Positions 1-11,094 of a stretch of 64,000 bases of DNA are shown here, piece after piece. This DNA is from Callorhinchus milii (Eukaryota), in assembly GCF_018977255.1 (NCBI RefSeq), contig NW_024704743.1:59584001-59648000 (forward strand), read 5' to 3'. Numbering within the stretch: the stretch's first letter is position 1; every line of letters starts with the position of its first letter. The notes under the pieces are model-generated. The model was not told the DNA's origin and ran no database searches. It saw only the letters and a list, made by a program, of their open reading frames with translations. Made by a program: the position numbers and the translations under genes.

Positions 1-659
1 TCATCGCTTTTGTCAATTCATGTTATAAATGTTAATATTAGATGTTGCCAATAGCTGAAAATGTAATAACCACAGTGGAAATATTTAAAATGAATAATAT
101 ATGAAATCTGTCATGTTTCTTTTCCTTTTGACAGCAGCATTGGAAAGTATATATGCATTTTGGGTTCTGTTAAAAGAAAGCAAAATAGTTGGAATATTGC
201 CACTTGGGAATAAAGTGTACCCAGAGTCGACTCTAAACCCTACTCAGCTTTCTTAGTATCTGAAATGTTGAGGTATTGCTAATAATCTTCCTAATAACCA
301 AGGAAAGATTCCAGTAAAATAGTTTTGTGCCATGTTATTTGTTTACAAAGTATTATTTATAAAATGATCTTAATTATAGAATATGGAACTATGATCACAT
401 CTAATACAAAAGAGTGAACCCTATGCTTTTATTAAGGGTGCATTGGAACATTCACCTATAAAATTCACACTTGATGTACATCTTACACAAATCCTGTGAA
501 CTGTTTTGAGACGTCCTGACGTGAAAGGCGCTATATCAAATGCAGAAATAATTTTATTATTAATAATATTGTATTGAGTTTTGCTGAATGAATGATACGC
601 TCATTTAAATGAGGAAGAAAATGGAACTAATTTTTTTTAACCACTTTACTTATATACAG

Positions 660-806
660 TCTCCTGTAATGTCGGTGTGCTTTGCCCGATTTCACCCCAA
701 TTTGGTAGTTGGTGGTACATATTCTGGACAGATTGCTCTTTGGGACAACCGCAGCCACAGACGGACCCCAGTTCAGCGAACCCCTCTCTCTGCTGCTGCT
801 CACACT
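660..806 (+). CDS. DYNC1I1: DYNC1I1 coding exon (equivalent to human exon 11), WD40 region, [49 protein letters not shown]
   Basis: AG at 658-659, GTAAGT at 807, 147 bp = 49 codons. The peptide is dynein intermediate chain WD repeat, and [13 protein letters not shown] match the I1 paralog as I recall it. Confidence 0.96.
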
Positions 807-917
807 GTAAGTAAAATATTGTTTTACATTAATGTAATGATTAAATTGTTGGAAATAAAAACAGAAGTTGCTAGGAACACTCAGCAGGTCAGACAGAATC
901 CAAGGAGAGAGGAAAGT

Positions 918-956
918 GAGTTAACATTTCAGGTCAATGACCTTTCGTCAGAACTC
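918..956 (-). ncRNA. Minimal type I hammerhead ribozyme motif, mirror copy
   Basis: The reverse strand reads GAGTT-CTGACGA-A-AGGTC(att)GACCT-GAAA-TGTT-AACTC with a perfect 5-bp stem II. Confidence 0.65.
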
Positions 957-1035
957 AATGACAGCATTATTGTTAATACTGTACTGGGTTTTGCTGAATG
1001 AATAATGTTTTGCTGAACTCGATGACATTTTGTCA

Positions 1036-1074
1036 GAGTTCTGACGAAAGGTCATCAACCTGAAATGTTAACTC
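1036..1074 (+). ncRNA. Minimal type I hammerhead ribozyme motif (probably degenerate)
   Basis: GAGTT-CTGACGA-A-AGGT(catca)ACCT-GAAA-TGTT-AACTC: stem I GAGTT/AACTC, core CUGANGA and GAAA, GUU cleavage triplet. Confidence 0.65.
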
Positions 1075-1934
1075 ACTTTCCTTTCTTCATAGTTGCTGCC
1101 TGACCTGCCGAGTGTTCCCAGCAACATCTGTTTTTATTTCAGATTTCCAGCATCTACAGTAATTTGCCTTTTGTTTAAATTGTTGGTGTTGTCTTACCTC
1201 ATGTCCCCCTCCTCATTTCAATTAGCAGCTAAATATGTACGTATCCTGCAAATTAAAGAATAGGTTTATCTGTGTGCTTATGAGTGCTCTAAAATACCTG
1301 TTTCACAGGATGTTGAGAAGCTTCTCATAGCCATAGTTGAAGCTCAAAACTGGTATAATTCACAGGGTGTAAAGCTACAACCCATGAGCATCTATTTACT
1401 GTAAGAATTAAAAATGTGCTAATAAGCTTAGCTGTTTGAAAGATTTATAAGATGCAGGACTCCCTATGAGGAAACACCATTTTAATTCTCTTATCTTCAC
1501 TTCCTCAGCACTTTTCATGTTACGACACACAGTGCAGCATCAATCAAGTTTTAGGGGCATAAATATGATTCTGAGCCATTGTGGGATTGATGCAGTTTGT
1601 TGCAATATAAATCTGATTAGACTCCAAATAATTCCAATTAACTTTTACATGAAAAATAAGTTTAGGAGTTTGCATATCTGGCTCTTTAATAAATGTAAAG
1701 CATTGTTGTTCAGTGCCTATGACTGGTAGGAGACCTCTCAGTGTTTAGAGCAAAATGGGGAGATCAGGAGGTAAGAAAAGGCTGCTTTCCTGTTTCAAGT
1801 TGCCATTTTGCTGGAAGTGATGTCAAATTACTTCAGCAGTAGAAAAAGAAGCATTAATAAAATAGGCCATTAAGCCTTGTAGAGTTGGTACAGTCACAGC
1901 CAAATGAAGCATGAAAACTAGGAAAGTGCTTTAT

Positions 1935-2150
1935 TGGATCCCAGTCTGTGCTGAGTTACTTTACCTAGGCTGGAACAGTGCTTAGAACACTACACAGTCC
2001 AATTCTAACGCAGGATCCCATCCTAGATTTCCACTCCTCATTGCTATCTATTGTCTGCTGCTGGATAATGTGTGTTGAAATGGATTAAGGGCAGCGTTGA
2101 GCTTGACTGTGATGCCCCACAGTCGAATAGCTTAGCGAATACCTAATGTG
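1935..2150 (+). mobile_element. Old SINE fragment, AmnSINE2-like
   Basis: GTCTGTGCTGAGTTA...TTGCTATC...CTGTGATGCCCCACAGTCGAATAGC, shared with 3790-4320, 5330-5480, 13395-13580 and 58030-58130. Family name is from memory. Confidence 0.5.
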
Positions 2151-2332
2151 AATTGCTGAAATTACTCGATCTTTATCCACGATACAACTCATTTTCAGCT
2201 GCCTGAGAAGTACGCCTCTTTCTCCACACCCAGCTCCTTCAAATTTATAGTCTCGTCTGTAGCATGTAAGGGTTAAGGTTGAGCTTATGGCCAATTACAA
2301 CTACCTCATTGGAATTGTTGCCTTTCTTACAG

Positions 2333-2446
2333 CATCCTGTGTACTGTGTGAACGTTGTTGGAACTCAAAATGCTCACAATCTAATCACTGTTTCCACTGA
2401 TGGAAAGATGTGTTCCTGGAGCCTGGATATGCTGACTCAACCACAA
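2333..2446 (+). CDS. DYNC1I1: DYNC1I1 coding exon (~exon 12), [38 protein letters not shown]
   Basis: ttacAG acceptor at 2331-2332, GTAAGT at 2447, 114 bp, phase 0/0, continues the previous exon. Absent from the ORF track; translated by hand. Confidence 0.96.
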
Positions 2447-2795
2447 GTAAGTTGATTTTTGGATTGTTTCCTTGGCTCAAAATGAACTTTAGTACCAATT
2501 ACTCTGGTCTCTCATTGGGGGGGTTGGAGGTGGGAGAGAGATTCAAAAATAAACTGCTGTGAATGTTTTTACATACTATGTATATCTTTAGTGATTATTT
2601 TTGTGTTCATTATTTGAGTTAGGAAAAACACGATTTTCCATTCTGAGTATCTACTGCTAGCAGCAACTATTCCAGCGTCAGGGTAACATGGTAAGATCTA
2701 GAGCAAAGCCTCTGCCTGACTTTGACTTCAGAAGAGCAACAATTTGCAGCAAAATGGTGTGGCAGAAGGATCTGTAATTTCCCCCACATGACACA

Positions 2796-2846
2796 ACAGT
2801 CTCGAATCTTGTCACTAGTACAGTCTCGGATCTTGCCACTGGTACA
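2796..2846 (+). repeat. 24-bp tandem duplication
   Basis: ACAGTCTCGAATCTTGTCACTAGT followed by ACAGTCTCGGATCTTGCCACTGGT. Confidence 0.85.
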
Positions 2847-2879
2847 TGAAAACGCCATGTATCACCGTCCAAGGCCCTG

Positions 2880-3161
2880 TCTGTCCAGGGCCAAAGTGTC
2901 TTCTTCATCCGATCTTGTGAAAGTCATGATGCCTGTCCGTGTGAACATTAAAGATCCCATGGCACTACTTGAAAGAGAAGGGAGTTTCTCCTGATGTCCT
3001 GGCCATCAATCTCCCAGATAAAATCACTTCTTGACTGTTTGTGGGACATTACAGTGCACAAATAGACTACTGAAAAATAGTCCACTTTCCATAACTCCTG
3101 TGAAGTGTTTTGATATTTCTCCCATGTGAAATACACGATCAAATGCAAGGATTATTATTAT
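2880..3161 (+). mobile_element. Deu-domain SINE (older family), 5'-truncated
   Basis: TAAAGATCCCATGGCACTA...GAGAAGGGAGTTTCTCC...CTGTTTGTGGGAC...ATCAAATGCAAGG(ATT)n. Confidence 0.75.
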
Positions 3162-3789
3162 TAGGAATTAAGCAAATCGTTTCCCATCCTTTGCTGGCAT
3201 ATATTGTGCAAAGAGACAAAAAAAAGGAGAAAAATACAGTATTGAGAAAGGAAAATAATAAAGACCCTAAAATCCCTGTCCACTCTTATGCTAGTTATAA
3301 AATTGAAGTGTCCATATTATGTAATATTTGATTAAAAAGGACAAATATACTAAACTGTAAATCAATTAATTTGAAAGCTGTGTTTTAACATTTGTAAACA
3401 TTTTGTTTACTTTGATTTTCAACTGTGCTGCTGTGCCATTTATTTTCTTGATGGCTCAAGAATCAAGACCTGCAGAAATTATTTTTGTAAAGTTAACTTT
3501 TTCCAAGTTTTTTTTATATAAAAAAATCCATTCTGACGGAATGTCGAGGGGTAGAACAGTGGTACAGAAAATCACGACAAAGGGAAGTGACACGCATGTT
3601 AGTTGTAATTTGGGGTAATTATATTGAGATTTAATATGTGCTTTAAACATAGTTATTAGTAATGTATCAATTTTGATTATATCTGGTTTTGCCAGAAGCA
3701 GCTCCCCTCTCCTTTTCCTCTCCTCCCTGTGATAGCTCTGTTCTCAATGCTGACGTTTGGATCATGCTGGAGTGTGGTTAGCAGGAGAG

Positions 3790-4330
3790 TGGCTTTCAGC
3801 CAGATTTCCTAATCCTGATTGCTATCCAGGGAACCCTGCTGGGAGTTGTTCATTTGTGAAAGTCACGTGGGACAGGATTGGGCTGCACTGTAATACCAAT
3901 CCCCCTCTTCCTGACCCCCAGCTGTTGAATTGCCTGCCAACACATCCTGTCAAACCTCGCATGTGAATTATGGCGATTTGGGTGACGTGCCAGAGGGCAC
4001 CCAACACTCATGGAACCAGACCAGTGTAGAAAGTAAAATAGAGTTGAAAATGCCTTGAGGAAAGCGGGCATATAACATGAGCAATTACTTCAGCAGTGAT
4101 TGAGAAGCAGCCCGTAGGTGGTGTGCAGAATTTTCCCATTAAGCATTCAAAATGTGTGTGGATATCAGGTGAGGACAGGAGCAGGCTTTGCTGTGATGCC
4201 CCCTGCAGTTGAATTGCCCATCAAGGCTCACACGTGAATAATGGCTACTCGGGTGGGGGGAGTGGCACTTGTGATACGTTTCTCCCAGTAGAAGGAAAAA
4301 GTCAATTAAGTTTCAACGGGGAAGGGGAGA
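3790..4330 (+). mobile_element. Two adjacent AmnSINE2-like SINE fragments
   Basis: CCTGATTGCTATCCAG..CCCTGCTGG..GGACAGGATTGGGCT, then again GGTGAGGACAGGAGCAGGCTTTGCTGTGATGCCCCC at 4168-4203. Confidence 0.55.
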
Positions 4331-5638
4331 AAATCAGTGAAAATATATTTTCAAAAAAGTCACATAACCTGAGTGAACTTTCTGTTTTTAAAGCTTGTAT
4401 ATTCCAGAACGTGTTTAGTTCCTGGAAAGTTGCTGTTACATTAACTGGAAGTTGCTGTGATGCCAAAATTCAGGATTGCCAGAGCAGAGGACTGAACAGA
4501 GAGAATTCTTCTTTTATTTATACATCTGTTTCTTATCGATAAACATGTGGTTTTATAGCATTTAAATGTCATAACATAGTCACCATTCATTGATTGTGTA
4601 TATTTTCTGACAATCCTACTAAAGACTTTCTTCAATTAAAGCTGATGGGATCATTTACCTTTACCATTGCAAGTATCTTACATCATTATTTTGCTGATCT
4701 TGGTAAAGTAATACCATGCTAATCTTATTGCAGTTTGAAGGTTGTATCTTTGCATTGGGCTCCTTGTTGGTTGGTGTGGTTACATGAAAAGCCTTCTCTT
4801 TGTTTACATAGTTTGTGTGATTCATTATATTGACATTTCTTCCTAATATCTGTGTTTATTTGGTTGGCTCTCTCACCCTCCTCGATCCTATCTTTTGCAA
4901 CTGTACCAGTTCTGAGAAAAGGTCCCCTTTGAAATTCAAATGCTGGATGATCTGCTGTTTGTTTCCAGCATTGTTCTGCCTTCCAACATTTTCTAGTTAT
5001 TGCTACTAGAATTTATCATTTAAACTCACGGTAGACCACTCACACTACAACACAATGTTATGTCTGATTTTGATATAAATTGTTTTGGTAGCAAAATATT
5101 CCTAAGTAATAGGATGGTGACCTTGCACGTTCTTTTTGTTCAGTAAAATAAAATCTTTTTAGGTATTTAGTGTATAATTGCCTTTCTGTTTTGATATTAA
5201 AAAGTATCCATAAAACTCTTACAATCATTTAGAAAAATCAGTTACAATATTATTGAAAAAAACTTAGATCACATTTTAATAAAAATTTTCCCACGTCTAC
5301 GCAAGTCTATGCAAAGAGTGACCAAACCTCAGTCTGTGCTGTGATAGCTTCAGTCAGTGTGCCATAAGAGGCTATACAAATGTGAATAGCACCTCTGGTT
5401 TGGGGAGAGGGAAATGAGTAGATTTCCTGCTCTTGATTGCTATCCAGTTAACCCTGCTTGAAGGCTAGAGAGGTTGAGGATATGTTTGCCAGATTAGGAT
5501 GGGATTTATGGAATAAAATAAATAATCCTTGCATTTGATATAGTGCCTTATCACCTTGTTAGAACACCTCAAATTACTTCACAAGATTTACTGTAAAGTA
5601 CACCAACTGTATACTTGTAGGTGAAAAGTGACCATAAT

Positions 5639-6037
5639 GGAGTCCTTTAGCTCAGTGGTTAGAGCACTTGCCTTGCAAGTGAGTGACTTGGGTTTGATTC
5701 CTGGCACGGCGAAATGTTGGACAAGTTTCCTTACTCCACATATGTAGATTTACCTAGCAGTAAGTAGAAACCCGGTTATTAATCGATTGGTGGATTGCTT
5801 TTCCTGGGGGCAATAATTCCTTAAAAAAAATAATAAATTGGTCACTCAATCTACGACTGTTTGTGGGACACTGCTGTGCTCAATTGGCTGCCGCATTTCG
5901 CCCACAAAATATACAGTCAATTCACTTTACAGTATATTCTGTGAAGCGCTTTGAGACTTCTAGAAGACGTGATACGGCGCTATATCAAATGCAAGGATTA
6001 TTATTATTATATCAAATGCCAGGATTATTATTATTAT
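5639..6037 (+). mobile_element. Full-length tRNA(Ala)-derived SINE with partial Deu core, L2-like tail and duplicated tail end
   Basis: GGAGTCC.TAGCTCAGTGGTTAGAGCA (A box), TTGCAA anticodon loop, GGTTTGATTCC (B box). The tail ATCAAATGCAAGG(ATT)n occurs twice. An opposite-strand tail lies at 5518-5630. Confidence 0.85.
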
Positions 6038-6039
6038 GT

Positions 6040-8240
6040 AATAGAATTTAGTATCAGGTTTTAAAGGGAGAAAGGAGGATCACAAGTTTAAAATTTTGGA
6101 ATTTAAGAAGACCAACTTTGAAGGAATTAGCCAGAATACGGTGGCAGGATTTGTTGTAAATCAACTGACAAACTGACTAGAATATATTCAAGGGGGTAAT
6201 TTATACATACATGGAGTCCTGTAGCTTAGTGGTTAGAGCACTCAGCTCGCAAGAGAGAGGGTTTGGGTTTGATTCCTGGGTAGAGCAAAATATTAGGCAA
6301 CAAAAACAACAAGATTCCATTTATAGAGCGCCTTTCACGTCGGGAGGACGTCCCAAGGCAAGTTTCCTTACTCCACACGCCTCTGTTTACCTAGCAGTCA
6401 GTAGGAACTCAGTTGTTAGTCGATTGGTGGATAGCTTTCTCGAGAATAATAATCCCTTCAAAAAAAGAAAAATTAAAAATGACCAATAATAATTTGGTCA
6501 CTCACTCCATGGCTGTTTGTGGGACACTGCTGTGTGTAATTCGCTGCCGTGTTTCACCAACAAAATGCAGTCAATTAATTTTACAGAAGTGGTTTGAGAC
6601 GTCTCGAAAACGTGATAAGAACAACAAAATTTATACTTCTATAGGGCCCTTCAAGTCGGAAAGCTGTCCCAGGGCGCTGGACAATCAGGTGTTTTGGACC
6701 CGAGTTGGGGGTCAGAAGGGGAGGAGGGCAGGGCGGGTGGGGTTGGGAGGGTGGCCGAAGACATCGTTGAAGAGGAAGGTCTTTAGACGGGACTTGATGG
6801 AGACAAGAGAGGGATTGAGGCGGAGTGATTGCGGGATAGAGTTCCAGAGTGTGGGGGCAGAGATGCTGAATGCCCAACCGCCCAATGGTGGGGCAGAGAG
6901 TGCGGGGAACCTGAAGCAGGCTGGTGTCTGCTAAGCGGAGGGAGCGGACAAGCTGATACGGGGTTAGGAGGTCACAGAAGTAGGGGGCAGCAAGACCATG
7001 GAGGGCTTTGAATGTGAGAACGAGGGTTTTGAACTTGATTCCTTGAGGGATGGGGAGCCAGTGAAGCTGGGCAAGGATGGGGCTGTATCAAATGCAAGGA
7101 TTATTATTATACCAAAACCAGATTATGCCCCTGAAAGTCAAGAGGTGTACTTCTGGTATGAAATAACTATGGTTAAATAAATTGGTTTCCATCAGCATTA
7201 AGCGAAAGAAAAATGCCTATGAAACGGCAAGGGACATTACAAAGTGAAGATTTAGAGGAATACAGAGAACATCAGAAGGAGACAATAATAAGAGAAAATA
7301 ATATGGAAGAGGGAATATGAAAACAAAACTTGCAAATTGTATTGAGAGTAATGGCAAAGGATCTTATTAGTACAGTATCTCAAGAGAGATTGGATGTTAG
7401 AAGAAGAAGTGGGTCCATTTAAAGCCGATACAGGTGTGACAGTAGTCAAGGATAAGATCTTGGCAAAATTGTTGAATGACTATTTTGCTTCAGTTTTTAC
7501 GGTGGAAAAGAATAAAATACCAGAGGTTCGGGGAATGGGAGAAATTTAAAAGGCTTAATATTAAACAGAAAAATAGTGATGAATATTTTTTGCTCAGCGG
7601 GTGCCTAACACTTGTGGATTTCCACCACCAAACCACGCTGGGAGTTCCACATATGCCACCTTCAAGTGAAAATTAAAAAAAAGGAAAATTCCTGCATTTC
7701 GATGGATTAGACACACTGATGGAGAGACGCAATCTGCTTACTTAATTCCTGAGTATTAGGTGAAGGTTGGGGACCCCAGAGTGTGTGTTGGGGTACAGCT
7801 GGAGTTTAACCAGCTACAACCACAAAGCTTGCCATTGAAAGCACTGTTTAGCAAGGTTCCTGCTCCTTGTATAGCTAAGACCACCCTCCAATCCATTGTG
7901 GCTTTGGCTTTCAGGGTTAACTGGAGCTTAGTGGGAAGAATCCCTGACCCCAATAATGGTTCCTTATAAGTCCAGCTGCTGAGCCTTGCTGGCTCGTTTA
8001 TCATCAGCAATGCCTTGCAGTTCAGCTACAAAGAGATTCTGCTTACCTCAGCTCCAAGCAGGATAGTTAATGGATAAATCAATGGGCCTTATGTCAGACA
8101 AATCTCCTGGCCCAGATGGTTTCTACCCTATGGTACTGAAAGAAATGAGAAGGAATTGTAGAGGCTTTCGTTATTACTTTCCAAAGTTTAATAGACTAAT
8201 AACTGCTTTGATTATCTGAGGATTCGCGTAGGACTGTATA
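6040..8240 (+). mobile_element. Decayed CR1 LINE ORF2 fragment broken by nested insertions
   Basis: Residual motifs AKLLNDYFASVFTVE (~7463-7507) and DKSPGPDGFYPMVLKE (~8097-8144), with many frameshifts. Confidence 0.75.
6213..7110 (+). mobile_element. tRNA-derived SINE interrupted by two antisense L2 3' fragments (6301-6356 and 6620-7080)
   Basis: The head starts at 6213, the body resumes at 6357, and the tail TATCAAATGCAAGG(ATT)n resumes at ~7081. Confidence 0.85.
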
Positions 8241-8474
8241 TGTCCTGGGAAATTTAGAAAAATATGAAATGTGTGCGATAAATGGGAAAGATCTTGTATG
8301 GGATATTTTTAATTCAAATAATCACAAAGGAAAGAGTGGGTTGTTAGGTTGTTATATCTCGGTATTTAGCAGTTCCTCTGTATGGTTGTTCACGTTGAAA
8401 CTTAAAAAGGAAATATGCTTTGAAGGAGTTTTTTTGGTAGAACTTCCCTTGTTTGTATGCAGGTAAATACAATT

Positions 8475-8665
8475 AATAATTATTTTGGTATAGCGACTTA
8501 TTACATCGGAAGTATGTCTCGCAGCACTTCACAGGATTTACTGTGAAATGGAGTGATTGTGTATTTGTAGGCAAACCAGGTAGCACAATTTTGCACACAC
8601 AAGGAGAAACTCCCTTTTCTTTTCGAATAGTGTCATGGGATCTTTAACGTCCACCTGAACAGGAA
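8475..8665 (-). mobile_element. Deu-domain SINE fragment
   Basis: GGAGAAACTCCCTTTTCTTTTCGAATAGTGTCATGGGATCTTTAACGTCCACCTGAAC is the reverse Deu core. Confidence 0.7.
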
Positions 8666-9011
8666 GATGTACACCTAGAAGCTTTTAAGATATCCTCCAG
8701 ACAAGAAAGGCGCTAAATAAATGTAAATTAAGTTTCTTTTTATACATTAGATGAATAGATTTATGGTTATCAACAAAATTATATTTGAAGTCTTTCAAAT
8801 GAGTAATTATTACCATAAATATAATGATATGACATTTATTTTTACCATACATTGCTTGGCATTCCTTGTCTATAAAAGAGCCGACATGTAATCATCATTT
8901 TTCTTTAATTGTTTTATAATAGATTGGAAAAACAAAATTTTTTGCCTAGTTCTTCGCAAGAGGTTTCCCAATTGGAAGCTATTGATCATTTTGTGTTCTT
9001 TCACACTCTTA

Positions 9012-9050
<39 letters not shown>
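9012..9050. repeat. Compound (TC)n(TA)n microsatellite
   Basis: Read directly; about 110 bp upstream of the 9158 exon. Confidence 0.95.
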
Positions 9051-9157
9051 TATATATTAAACACACTGGTTGGACTACTTTAGAATGGAAGTCTTCTGTT
9101 AACTTAAGGATTCATGTTAACATGTCTCTGTATATTTGTTATTATGTTTTAAACTAG

Positions 9158-9291
9158 GAAAGTATGGAGCTGGTTTACAACAAGTCGAAGGCTGTGGCAG
9201 TCACAGGCATGGCCTTCCCAACAGGAGATGTCAACAATTTTGTTGTTGGCAGTGAAGAGGGTATAGTTTATACTGCATGTCGACATGGCAG
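9158..9291 (+). CDS. DYNC1I1: DYNC1I1 coding exon (~exon 13), [44 protein letters not shown](S)
   Basis: ctAG acceptor at 9156-9157, GTAATT at 9292, 134 bp ending in phase 2, which matches the next exon. Confidence 0.96.
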
Positions 9292-9589
9292 GTAATTCTT
9301 ACAGCTATTTAGTATTTTATGGGGCATATATTTCAAGGTAATGAGAATTGGAGAAAAAGTAACAGGACCACTAAAAAGGAATTTAATGTCTGAAGATTCT
9401 GTACAAATTTGCTACTTATAGTTTAAGGAAACAGCTTCTCAGTTGGATATGATTTGTCAATTCCAGTTTATGTCATTTCCATTATCTATATCATATCTGA
9501 ACACCCAACATATCAGAGTGTTAGAGTTGTCTGTGTGAATTAAAAAAAGGGGCGTCCAAGGTCATGATATGATTTTTATTCCATTCGTC

Positions 9590-9933
9590 TGCTTATTGGG
9601 ACTTTGAGCTCATAGTCTGACTTAGGCTAATACTCCAAAGCTCTGCATTTGTTGGAGGTGCTGTCCTTCAGGTGCAGTGTTAAACTGAGTTGCGTTGCCT
9701 GTTAAACATCCCATGGCAGTACTTGAGAAGAGAAGGGATTTTCTTTCAGCGTTGTGGCCAACAGTCCCCTAGATAAAACTGGTCTTTCCCATCATTACTG
9801 TTTGTGGGTCATTGGTTACCGCATTTTTTCTGCCAAGTACAGTCACCCAAAATACAGTAAATCCTGTGAACTGCTTTGTGACATTTGGCGAACGTATTAA
9901 GGAGCTATATCAAATGTTACATTATTTATTATT
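9590..9933 (+). mobile_element. Deu-domain SINE (older family)
   Basis: GGAGGTGCTGTCCTTCAG...TTAAAC...CCCATGGCA...CTGTTTGTGGG...GCTATATCAAATG. Confidence 0.7.
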
Positions 9934-10619
9934 GTGAAATTGGCTGCTTAAGATCTGAAAATATTCAAGAGAAGAAAGAATCCAAGAGTTTTTTTAAAAA
10001 AGTTGACAAACAGCAAGAGAACTGCCCTGTATGTTTTACAACAAATGCACTGCTTTGTCACAATTTCTTGTAGGGCATTTCCAAAATGTTTCTAATTGTA
10101 TGAATTTGCTAGTGTACATTGATATGCAATCTATTATTTAGAAAGCATTTCCTATCCATTAATTAATCTCTGTGTTGGAGTTAATCGTCCAGGAATTGTG
10201 GAGTTTATTTTGAATGGATCCAAAAAACAATGAAGTGGTCTTTCCTCTGGATCAGAAGGACATAGGTTCAAGCTTCCCATTGGGTCTGTGTTGTCAGAGG
10301 TGCCGTCTTCAGGCGAAGAGGTAAAACTAAGGTCGTGTTCAGGTGGACAGTAAAGATTTCACAGCATTAACTGAAGAGCAAAGAGCTTGTCCCGGTGTCT
10401 TGACCAACAATTCTCCAGTTTTGTAGAAGCTGGAGTAAACATTGCGCCCATATTTTACAATTGCCCTTTCTGTGAAAACAGTGCAAGTTGTCACTGTTTT
10501 ATTAATTGTAATCCTACATGTGTGGTGAAGATCTACTTTAGATATACACCAGATTTTACAATAAATCTCATTTATAATTCTATAACCATTTTAATGTGTT
10601 TATTCCCCCCATATTTTTA

Positions 10620-11090
10620 CAATATATAGTGCCTTTCATGTAGGGTAACATCTCAAGTTCATTACAGAGACAGGCCAGGCCCATCAAGCAGGGAGGGAGG
10701 GTGAGGAACAAGGTAACCTTAGAGGTAAGTCTCCTGAAGGTTTTGAAATACAAATGGAGGGGAGTGAACGGAGAGAATTCGAGAGGAAGTTCCAGAGTGC
10801 TCGGACTAAATGCGTGAAAGCTCGGCTGCCATTGGCGGAGCGGCCTGAGTTCGCCCAGCAGAGTGTACAAGCATGTATGTAAGACTGGAGGGATGGGTGA
10901 GGACACACAGAGATTTGTAGTTTAGAGTGAGGATCTTGAAGCTAATACCCTGGGAGATGGGAAGCCAGTGCAGCCTGGCAAGAAGTGGGCAAGTTTTGTG
11001 CATGTAAAGGATGCAAATGGCTGAATTTTGAATCTGCTAGAGCTTGTGGATGATGGAGCTGTGGAGGTCTGTGAGTAGGAATAACATTTT
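10620..11090 (-). mobile_element. L2 LINE 3' fragment
   Basis: The minus ORF PLLARLHWLPISQGISFKILTL is the typical L2 ORF2 C-terminus. Tail at the left end. Confidence 0.8.
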
Positions 11091-11094
11091 AGAA

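Larger units (their letters stand above)
853..1174. mobile_element. Penelope-like-element-derived inverted (palindromic) insertion
   Basis: Arms 852-956 and 1036-1140 are near reverse complements. Flanked by the direct repeat TTAAATTGTTGG at 841-852 and 1175-1186. Each arm has a hammerhead core. Confidence 0.75.

Noticed and set aside
4895..4990. Further Penelope-type hammerhead remnants (also ~11710-11820)
   Set aside because: The core is broken (CTGAGAAAAGGTCCCCTTTGAAA) and stem II is lost. These are relics only.
5639..5712. tRNA-Ala-like sequences here and at 6213, 42203, 48225 (-) and 50997
   Set aside because: They are SINE heads: four run into the SINE body, 50997 is a truncated head, and the acceptor stems do not pair.
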